Shown: positions 52,749-64,000 of the stretch, piece by piece | How the letters are laid out: each line of letters starts with the position of its first letter | How positions within the stretch are numbered: position 1 is the first letter of the stretch | Assembly: GCF_006345805.1 (NCBI RefSeq) | Contig: NC_043011.1 | Span: 32,686,464-32,750,463, forward strand | Source: Octopus sinensis | Lineage: Eukaryota | Reading direction: 5' to 3' | DNA length: 64,000 bases | Program-made: the position numbers and the translations under genes | Notes under the pieces: generated by a model | Told to the model about the DNA's origin: nothing | Database searches by the model: none | What the model saw: the letters and a program-made list of their open reading frames with translations, nothing else

Positions 52749-53520
52749 GCCTGTTTGTCTGTCTCTCTTCCTCCCGCCTTCTTCTCTCTCTCCTTCGCTC
52801 ATCAATATTCAACTCAAATTAACCTTGAGGCTGTATTTGCTGACTAAAATGTCATTATCTTCTGCACAATAACGCACATTTTTGAAACTAATTACATTAA
52901 TTTCTGTGTCCCTCTCTTCCCTTCCAAGTTGCAAGGGTCATGTCCATTTTCAATATTAAAAGCTACCAACTTGTCTGTTCCAATTTATCAAAAGGGACCT
53001 ACAACATATTGTGTAAAATAGTATGCATTTAGCAACGGTTAAACCCTAAAACTCATCAATTAATCCCTATCAGTAAAGCATCTAGCAATATGTATGCGTG
53101 ACTATATATATATATATATATGCATACATATGCATGTATGTATATATATTTATGCACATAAATGTGTGTGTGTGTGTGTGTGTGTGTGAATACAAAATAA
53201 ATTAAGAACCATATATCTCAGACAAATAATGGTTACTAGTTGGTTTTATACAAATTTAAACTTCCTTATTTGGAAGAGAGACTTGCAATTATTGGACAGC
53301 TATACATTTTTTTTTGTCAAACACACAAACACACACACACATGCAGATATACACATGCACACATATATAACACTTATACGTCTATATATGTGTGAGTGTG
53401 CATGTATGTATATATACATCTGTGCATATATGCTTTATTCAAAACGTTTAGCTATCTCATCATATATATATATATTCATATATAGGGAGAGATTCATATA
53501 AATATACACACATACATATA

Positions 53521-53556
<36 letters not shown>

Positions 53557-53596
53557 TGTATGTATGTCTATCTATATATATGTATATCTATATCTA

Positions 53597-53651
<55 letters not shown>

Positions 53652-53766
53652 ATATATATATATAGGGAGAGATTTACACATACACACACATATATGCATA
53701 TATGCATATATATATATATATATATATATGAATGCATATAAATATATATGTATGTATATATATATA

Positions 53767-53811
<45 letters not shown>

Positions 53812-53817
53812 GCATGT

Positions 53818-53950
53818 ATATATTTCAGAAAATGAATAGAAATGGCTTTTCTGATAATTTTTCCACTTTAATAATTAGATTATAAACATCTAATTATTAA
53901 AGTGGAAAAATTATCAGAAAAACCATTTCTATTTATTTTTTCAAATATAT
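53818..53950. repeat. AT-rich hairpin (about 60 bp arms, 7-nt loop)
   Basis: ttttctgataatttttccactttaataattagat-tataaac-atctaattattaaagtggaaaaattatcagaaaa is a perfect core. Confidence 0.85.
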
Positions 53951-53993
53951 AATACTGTACCAAAGATTTCCTATTTCTTATTCTAATACACAT

Positions 53994-54044
<51 letters not shown>

Positions 54045-54414
54045 CACACACAGGCACACATATCTGTGTATAGTTAAAAGAGGTAATATTATGTAAATAT
54101 ATATATATATAAATGAAAATAATTAAGGAATACACCAAAACAAAAATAGATTATTTACCTTAATTAATTAACCAGAAAATAAAGAAAAATTAGATAAGTG
54201 AGGTCTAAAAGTGAAACAAATCAACTTCAAGAACATTCTAGATATATTTAGCATTTAAAAGATAGAAAACAAATCAGATTAAGGAATACTGAAAAACAAG
54301 AGTTGTGATTATTGTAACGCAAACAGTTGGGAAAATGTTTAAAATATTTAAAGCAGAATATTATTAATTTAAGTTTGAAGCATAATGATAGAAACTACAC
54401 ACACACACACATAC

Positions 54415-54638
54415 TCTTTTACTCTTACTCTTTTACTCTTTTACTTGTTTCAGTCATTTGACTGCGGCCATGCTGGAGCACCGCCTTTTTAGTCTAGCAA
54501 ATCGACCCCAGGACTTATTCTTTGTAAGCCTAGTACTTATTCTATCAGTCTCTTTTGCCGAACTGCTAAGTAACGGGGACGTAAACACACCAGCATCGTT
54601 TGTCAAGCAATGTTGGGGGGAGACAAACACACACACAC

Positions 54639-54672
<34 letters not shown>

Positions 54673-54828
54673 GACGGGCTTCTTTCAGTTTCTGTCTACC
54701 AAATCCACTCACAAGGCTTTGGTCGGCCTGAGGCTATAGAAGAAGACACTTGCCCAAGGTGTCACACAGTGGGACTGAACCCGGAACCGTGTGGTTGGTA
54801 AGCAAGCTACTTATCACCCAGCCACTCT
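54415..54828 (-). mobile_element. S1 SINE (full length)
   Basis: Reverse-complement copy with tactctttt tail repeats. Confidence 0.85.
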
Positions 54829-55372
54829 ATATGTACATATGTATGCGTGTATTGATTCAGATGAAAATACCCTTTATTGCTCTTTGACGTTCTTCAACCA
54901 TGTATTGTCCCCCTCGTATTTGAGACACACACGGATTACGTGAACGGAGAGGGGCATCTGGAAAGTGTATTCCGAAGAGGGTTTGCCAACCTTGTCTCTT
55001 ATGACTGTAGGAAAACATCTGTGTCAAAACTGTTTCTGTCGAGAGAGCAGCAATGCAGGACACCTCATCCTTCACGATGAGTAATATGGGTTACGTGAAT
55101 GTGAGTGTGTGTATGGATGCGTGACAGTGTTTGTGTGTATATATATACATACACACACATATATATATATTATATGTATATATAAGTATGTACGTATATA
55201 TCATCATCATCATCATCGTTTAACGTCCGTTTTCCATGCTAGCATGGGTTGGATCGTTCAACTGGAGTCTGGGAAGCCAGGAGGCTGTGCCAGGCTCCAG
55301 TCTTATCTGGCAGTGTTTCTACAGCTGGATGCCCTTCCTAACCACTCCATGAACACACACATACATAAATAC

Positions 55373-55419
<47 letters not shown>

Positions 55420-55800
55420 TGCATACACTTACACACAGACACATGTATACATATATGTCTTTACCCACATACATATATGTACACCACTGCGTTTAAAACT
55501 CTAATTGTGATATTCAGCATCAATTCTAAATATCCTATTGTTAGCAGAAAGGTTATATTCACATATATATACATGTATATATTCACACACACACACACAC
55601 ACAAAGAGATATATATATACATGTATATTCTTGTATTCTTCTACTTGTTTCAGTCATTTGGCTGTGGCCATGCTGGATGCATAAATATATGTGTGTGTGT
55701 GTATGTACATACACATATATGTATATACATACATATATATGTATGTTTGTTTATGTGTGCATGTGTGTCTATGAATATATATATGTGTGTATGTGTATAT

Positions 55801-55842
<42 letters not shown>

Positions 55843-55910
55843 TATACATATTTATATATGTGTGTGTATATATATATATGTATATGTATGTACATATATA
55901 TATACATATA

Positions 55911-55943
<33 letters not shown>

Positions 55944-56499
55944 ATGTATGCATATATTGTACGTGTGCAAATACTAATATGTATGTGCGCACATATTTAT
56001 ATTCAGCAAAGTGTGAACGGTATAATAACTTCTGTGTGAAACAGAATTCCTCTTTCGGAATTATCTTCCTACATCTTTTCAAATATACTTTGTACTTTGT
56101 TCAATATAAATATGTATTCTCTGTTCAATCGTAGATTAATCCTCAAAAATTTGATTTACACTCTGCATGCACTCCCACTCATGCAATCATGTGCATACAT
56201 ATGTGTTCCTATGCTGCAGATAAGGCTTTTTAGAGAAGGTCAGTTTATTATTGTCTTTAGCAAAGCTTAAACGATTGTGTGTATGTATATGAGTATGCAT
56301 GTGTGTGTGTATGCATATATATAGTTTGATACATACATACACACATCCATATATATATATATTTACATATATATTTATGCATATGTATACACACACAACA
56401 CACACACACATATTAGCATATATATTTATATATATATGTGTTTGTGTGTATATATATATGTGTATGTGTGTGCATGTGTCTGTATGCATATATATTACT

Positions 56500-56542
<43 letters not shown>

Positions 56543-56631
56543 ACTTACATATATATTTATGCATATGTATACACACACACACACATTTATATATATGTAT
56601 ATGCATGGATATGTGTGTGTGTGTGTACCTA

Positions 56632-56669
<38 letters not shown>

Positions 56670-57783
56670 ATTGGCAAACATAGATGTAGGCCTGCAAAAG
56701 ACACGTACAATATGTATTATTTGTATAATACGATATCTTATTCACTATTTCCCCAGATATTAAGTTTGGTAAAATTTAAAATATTCTTTATTTTTGAATT
56801 GTTATATAACTCAATTCTAATGCCAACATCTAATTTAGAATTTAATAATTTCCTTAACCATCTTTGGATGAATTCGATGGTGAAAATATTTTCACAATGC
56901 TGCAATTCCAATTTACCATGTGCTTTCAGAAAATGCGATCATCTTCTTTTTTTTTTCGTTTTCCATATATATTTTTATCATATTCTATTTATTTATTTAC
57001 GTTTTGTTTCCGTGCCTTTTGAGATGCCTTTAAAATGCATCTATCAGAAAGTGTTTGTTTTGTGAGATTTGTATTATGTAAACCTTTACAGCGAATTGTA
57101 TGGTTTACATGAGCAGTACTTTATACAATGCTACTTGAAAGGAGAAGATGGGAAAGTGATGCTATGCAAGTGATATGTTAATCAAACCAAGCTGATTTTT
57201 CATCTTCCTTATGAATGTATAAAATAACTTGCCAATTGTCGGCATCATTAGAAAAATCCTTTCTAATTCACACACCGAAAATTAATTTCTTGGTTCTTCA
57301 CACTAAGCAAAACTACTAACTACATAATTAAAATATTTTTCAAGGCAATTTTGTATCTTTTTTTTTTGTTTTTTTTTTTGTTTTTTTGTTTCAATATTTT
57401 CTTTCTTTACAAGTCTTTATTTTAGAATTAATAACAGCTGTGTCTTGTGATACTCAATCAAATTATTTGGATTTGCAGCAACAGATTTGAAAATACTAGA
57501 TATGAGAATCTATTTCAACAGAAGCTTTATTATTCCATCCACCCTGCTACCACATTTGTTTTTTTGTCTGTTTTCAATTTCGTTGTTTCATTGTTTCATT
57601 TTTTTTTTTTGTGTGTGTTTTTATAATTTTAAAAATTATTATTCTTTAAATTTCAAATTGATAAACCTTTTAATGTTAATGTTTTCCTTTACATAATCTT
57701 TAATGAGTTATGGGTAGGAAAAAAACTGAAGTCAGTTTTTCAAATAGAATTTTAAATCATTGTCATTATCAATATCATCATTG

Positions 57784-57835
<52 letters not shown>

Positions 57836-58394
57836 CAATGTTTTAACAATCGTTTACCATGCTGACATGGGTTGCATGGTTTGACAGGAGCTGACAATCT
57901 TACTGATTGCAACAAGCTCCAATGTCTGCCATGGTTTCTACAACTAGATGCCAAACACTTCACAGAAAGTTCTGGGTGCTAAGACAGCAAGCTGGCAGAA
58001 ACGTTAGCATGCCGGGTGAAATGCTTAGCAGTATGTCATCTGCCGCTACGTTCTAAGTTCAAATTCTGCCGAGGTCGACTTTGCCTTTCATCCTGTCGGG
58101 GTCGATTAAATAAGTTCCAGTTATGCACTGGAGTCGATATAATCGACTTAATCCGTTTGTCTGTCCTTGTTTGTCCCCTCTATGTGTAGCCCCTTGTGGG
58201 CAGTAAAGAAATAAGAAAGTACTGGGTGCCTCTTACTGGTGCTGTCACAAGTGAGATCACAAAGTGACTCACAAGACGAGACCCCTTGTCTGAGGTGGGA
58301 GTGTAGTAGTGAGGGTTTTTTGCCAGTTTATGAGAGATTAAAGCAATGAACCTCAACCGAGATTCACATAAGATACAGTTACTAATAATACTCT

Positions 58395-58856
58395 TTACTC
58401 TCTCTCTCTCTTTTACTTGTTTTCAGCTATTTGACTGTGGCCATGCTGGAGCACAGCCTTTAGTTGAGCAAATTGAACCCAGGACTTATTTTTAGTAAGA
58501 CTAGTACTTATTCTCTTTTGCCGAACCGCTAAGTTACATGGACATAAACACACCAGCATTGGTTGTCAAGCGAAGTTGGGGAGACAAACATATACACCAC
58601 AAATACATATAATATATTATATTATCTATATATATATATTTATAATATATATATATATATATATAATATATAATATATATATATACATATATACGATGGG
58701 CTTCTTTCAGTTTCTGTTTACCAAATCCACTCACAAGGCTTTGGTCGGCCCGAGGCTATAGTAGAAGACACTTGCCTAAGGTGCCACGCAGTGGGACTGA
58801 GCCCGAAAGTATGTGGCTGGTAAGCAAGCTACTTACCACACAGCCACTCTTGCGCC
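58395..58856 (-). mobile_element. S1 SINE (full length)
   Basis: Reverse-complement copy ending cagccactcttgcgccta. Confidence 0.85.
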
Positions 58857-59614
58857 TATAATATTTAATCATCAAAATATATATAGGATTTTTTAAACAT
58901 TGAATGGCTATGAAGGATCACCCTAGTAAAACAGGATGCAAAGGGATCCATAGGCAAAAAATGGTTGGGAACCACTAGGATACAAGTAGGTATCTTGCAG
59001 TAGAAGAGATTCATGGCTAAATTTCAATTCAAGAACCAATCTGAATTTCAGTTCTTTAAACATTCCTTTTTGAAAAGGTATTTAGATTGTGTTTCAAGTT
59101 TCAGTTTATAAACTTGAGTAAGGTTTATCAGTTTTAAAATATCAAATCAAAATGTAGAGGTTCATTTTCCTAGCATAAACAATACATCTTATATCCAGAC
59201 AACAACCGAGTTTCTATGTACCAGCTTCACCTTTCAGAACTGGCGACCAGATTTCCCTCAAATCAAATCTAATCATTACAAGTTAGGTTGAACACATTTG
59301 ATTATGTGTTGTTGTTGTTGTTGTTGTTTGTTCCTGCTTGAGCCATGCCTGGCTCATAAGGTTCAGTTTCCCGGTTTCATTGGCATAGAGCTTCCCCCAC
59401 CTGGACAGGATGCCAGTCTGTCACAGGTGAGCTGTTAGATGCAGGAGGAAAGGGTGAGAGAAAGCTGTGGTGAAAGAGTCAGCAGAAGTTTGCCATTACC
59501 TTCTGCCGGAGCCACATGGAGCTTAGGTGTTTTGCTCGTAAACACACACATCGCTCGGTCTGAATTTCAAACCCACAGTCAAGGGACCGCTAATCCATTG
59601 CTCTAACAACTAGG

Positions 59615-60235
59615 TGGCGAAGTTTCGTTTGTCGTAGCACACGTTTCCGTCGATTTCCGTAAAAAATGTAAACACTGAATCGGCCATACATACATACATA
59701 CATACATACATACATACATACATACACACATACATACACACACACATACATACACACACACACATACATAGATACATACACATACACACATACATGCAGA
59801 CATACATATACACATACACCGAGTAAAAAATTACACTGAATCGGCCATACATACATACACACACACATACTTACACACACACACACACATATATACACAC
59901 ACACTTACATAGATACATACACACACACACAACATATACACATACACCGAGTAAAAAATTTCAGTTATCTCTCTCTTTCACACATTACTCTCTCTGTCTC
60001 TTCGCACACACTAACAGAAGCACTTCACTTACACAACATACTGTCTGTCTCCACACCCCATCAAAAACACACACATGGGGACTTCAAAAAGAAATTCCCT
60101 CGTCATAAAATCGCTTCCTCTTAGTCTCTTTCACTCTCATTACTTCAAATATTCCCGCAAAGCCATATGTAAAAAAATAAAAGTTTTTTACGGAAATCGA
60201 CGGAAACGTGTGCTACGACAAACGAAACTTCGCCA
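59615..60235. mobile_element. MITE with perfect 52-bp TIRs inserted into the A box of an S2 SINE head
   Basis: TIRs 59615-59666 and 60184-60235 are exact reverse complements; actagg (up to caactagg) is duplicated at both junctions; the SINE head resumes ctatgtgcc at 60242. Confidence 0.85.
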
Positions 60236-61244
60236 ACTAGGCTATGTGCCTTCACTATTTGATAATGTAGTCTTAGATATTTTATCTTTGTTATGTTGTT
60301 TTCTTTTCTTTTTTTTTGCTGTTGTTGTTTTTTTTTCTGTTAGTGTTTGGTTTGCAGCATTCTTGATGTTAACTTATGCACTGAAACAAATTTTGGTATA
60401 TTTTGGGTGGGTCTTTATACCAGTAACAAACATCATGTTTATTACCAGCGTAACGACCCTCCTAAGATAATCCTAGATATCTACCCCTAAAAAGAAAGGA
60501 TGGTCGTAGCTTAGGTGCCATTTAATCAAAGATCATTTTCGATTAACAATGACCTAGAGCTGAACAACAACACTCTTGATTGTTGCTGCCATTTTGCTTC
60601 TAACAAGATCATTTCTATTCATGAGTTAGTTGAAGATAAATAACATTAATAATTTCTATGATTTTATCTAAATCTTTATTCTCATCTTCCTTTTGAACTG
60701 CATCTAAGAAATGTGTAATTACTTCATTGCTGGACTCATTTTGAAATGCTTTCTATTGTTCATTATCTTCACCAATTTTCATGCATTCTCTTCAAGCTGA
60801 CATAGGTGGGGCTTATTTTCCATTCATCTTTACCTTTTGTGTGTTCTTCTAAAGGTCCATTTCCTCAGGTCATATATAATATAACTATATATCTATCATT
60901 TGATATATTATCTGGCCTACCTCTCCGCTTCTATCTCTATATTTACAATCAAATATTTAGCTCTTGATACTTTTGCCACTGAGTTCACTCCAGATGTTGT
61001 TGTTATGTTATTGTTCACAGTTTAGAATTTGTTTTTAGTTACAGTTTAGCAGAGATTGTACTGCAATTTCGTTGTGATATTAAGGTTGGTGATGTTAGGT
61101 GTGATAAACTAATATTGTATATGCGTACATAAGTGCACGCACACACACATACACACACACACAAAAACACTCACACACACTTGTATTATATGTGTATGTA
61201 TATATGTATACTTTTTTTATTAAAGCTGCAAAATTATCACAACA

Positions 61245-61282
61245 CTGTTACTCAGAGTTTCACCTTCCAGTTCATCAGACAG
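61245..61282 (-). ncRNA. Minimal type-I hammerhead motif, intact core
   Basis: Minus strand ctgt CTGATGA ac-tggaag-gt GAAA ctc-t-gag TA acag. Stem I ctgt/acag, GUA cleavage triplet. A decayed homologue lies at 13777-13814. Confidence 0.65.
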
Positions 61283-63285
61283 TTGTGATGAATACTCACT
61301 CATACATATATATATGAGTGTATATATACATACATATATATGTATATAGATATATATATGTGTGTATGTACACATGTATAAATATATATATATACATATA
61401 CACACATATATTTATATACACATATATATCTATATATCTATATATGTGTGTGTGTGTATGCGTGTATATATATATACATGTATATGTGTGTGTGTGTATA
61501 TGTATGCATACATGTATGTGTGTGTGGTTGATGCATATCTTATGACAATGTTCAGATTACAACTTTTTTAATGCATGAACTGCATTATGCCAGTTTAATT
61601 GGAAATGAGATTGTGAAGGCCTTGAAATTTTAGACTAATTAATTTAGGGACATCTATGCTTTTGGTTCTAAACCAAACGATAGACTAATAAAGAAATGTG
61701 CATTTGAGGACATGTCTGCATAAATGAGTGTATAGGTGTGTATGTGTTTCTATATATGTGTGTGTATGTGTGTTTGTCTATGTATTTATGAATGTAATGT
61801 TTTCTGTTGTGATGTGTGTGAGTAATTTATTAGAAGGTTTCAAAAATAAAAAAACAAAAAAATGCCTGTATATCTACCTGGAAAAACACCAATAAGACGA
61901 TTATCTTCATTCTAAGTTGAAACTAATTTCTGAATGTTAGTATTATCTACTGCATGAATTGCATGAGGAAAAGAGGCAATACATAGACCTTATAAATGTT
62001 TAAAATCAATGAGCCAAACTATCAAATAATAACAATAAAATAACATTTCCCCACCCACCAACACCACTGTCAACGTTACCACCACTGTCACCGTCACTAT
62101 CATTGTCAACGTTACCGTCACCATCACCATCACCGTCATCCCTTCAGCAGTCAACTGCCTTGACTATTTCAATTGTCATTCTCTTATTCTCAGCCATTTG
62201 GCAATGTGTGAATTTATTGACGGGGTGTTTTTCTGAAACTATAAACAACATTTAAGGGATTAAACATTACTAAATCAAAATATAGTCAATGCTTATCTCC
62301 CTGGTTTACACAGCATAAAGTAGAACAAGGGATAAATCTTCTCCAGGTTATGGATGTTGGTCTATTGCAAGGAAGCCTTTCTGACAGGAGCAATTAAACT
62401 CAGTCCTGCAAGCCAACAAATCTTTTGTCAGTTCCAGAATGATGTTGCTGCCACTGCTGTCTCTACTAGTGAGTGTAGCTACTTACAGCTTGGTGGATTG
62501 GCAGCTGAGAGTTATGTGTTTTAGCCATGGGCATTATACAGCCTTGGTGAAAGGTTCTACTCTACTCCCACCAACCTCTTGACTTTGTCATTCGGTATCC
62601 TACTCATAAACTTGAGATCACTCATTGAAGCAAATTCTCTGTGTTGTTGCTCAGTCTGCTAGAAATAGCAGTCAAATCTCGTTCAAACTGCATCTTATTG
62701 TTTTAAATGAGAAAAGGATATATTGGATGATATTGAGCAGTGGCTGTCACTGGATTATCAAAATATATTAAAAAGATAAAAAATGATTTGTATCTTTGCT
62801 TGGGAATTATAAAATAAACAAACAACAACTTTTAATTGCTGTGTGGTTAAGAAGTTTGCTTTGCAAATATGTGGTTTTGGGTTCAGTCTCACAGGAAGGC
62901 ACTTTCGCCATGTGACTTCTATAGCCCCAGGTCAATAAATGCCTTGTAAATTAATGGGATTGATGTAAACTGTACAGAAGCTTGTTATGTTGCATATGTA
63001 TGTATGTTTCCATGCATGCATGTGTGTATGTATGCATGTATGGATGTACATATGTATGTGTCAGTATATGTGTATGTGTGCATATGTTTATATGTGTGTG
63101 TGTGTGTATGGTACATACATGCATATTAATATGTATGTGTGTGTATGCATGTTTATATGCATATGTGTATATATATATATGTATATTTATGCGTGCAAAT
63201 ATATATATTATATATATATATCTGTATGTATGTATACGTATATCTAATGCGTGTGTATGCATATTTATATGTATATGTGTGTGTA

Positions 63286-63318
<33 letters not shown>

Positions 63319-64000
63319 TATAAATATATATATGTATATTTATATGTGTGTATGTGTATATATGTAAATACACACACACACAGGTATATGCATGTATATC
63401 TATGTATGTGTGTATCTATATAAACAATGAACTTCCACACTATTCCCATCTACTAAATTCACTCACAAGATTTTGGTTGGTCATAGACTATAGTTTATGA
63501 CACTTGCCCAAGGTGCCACACAGTGGGACTGAACCTGAAACCACACGGTTGCAATGCAAACCTCTTAACCACACAATTCTTTTTACTTTTCTCTATTTTG
63601 CAATAAAAGTGACTTCATTATTCTTGTTTTTCTCCCGTGAAATCTTATGATTCCTTATTCTTTGACACTTTTAACGGTGTCAGTTGATTGAAGTGTGACC
63701 CCACTGGAGCACCACTTTGTAGTTGATGAAAGAATCCTGTAACTTAATTTTTTAAATATTGTAGTTTCTCTATCAGTTTCTGTTTTGCTAAACTGTTAAG
63801 CTGTAGGGATGAAAACAAACAAACACCGGCCAACAGGCAGTACTGTGTAAAGACGAAATACAGAAAGAAATGAAAATGAAAACACGCAAGTAAACAGAAT
63901 ACATGTGAATGCAAGCACTGCTGTTACTTGCAGCTAGGAACTAATCCATGGCAGACTTCCACACAGTTTCCATCTACCAAATTCATTCACAAGACATTGG

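Noticed and set aside
60075-60470. 131-aa ORF with hydrophobic C-terminus
   Set aside because: Reads through the MITE TIR and a T-rich tract; compositional artefact.

Overview
Eukaryotic, AT-rich, repeat-saturated non-coding DNA. The SINE, MITE and microsatellite repertoire looks like an octopus (coleoid cephalopod) genome; this is recognition from memory, not a search result. I could not identify any host protein-coding gene. Most listed ORFs are microsatellite or SINE artefacts, and a few weak exon candidates are flagged. Supported content: (1) many copies of three tRNA-derived SINE families and an RTE-like (CAT)n-tailed repeat; (2) MITEs of hAT, Tc1/mariner and piggyBac type, some nested with recognisable target-site duplications (TSDs); (3) a complete non-autonomous Helitron and a ~1.7 kb decayed Rep-encoding Helitron; (4) a ~557 bp element found twice inside (AAT)n tracts; (5) several long palindromes; (6) one 100-N gap. 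The most interesting signal is a set of type-I hammerhead ribozyme motifs of the Penelope-like-element kind, from several unrelated sequence families. They include a head-to-head palindromic pair with an unusually long stem II, apparent U3-A8 and G3-C8 core variants, and a tRNA-headed SINE-like element ending in a hammerhead. All folds were done by eye and no activity has been tested.
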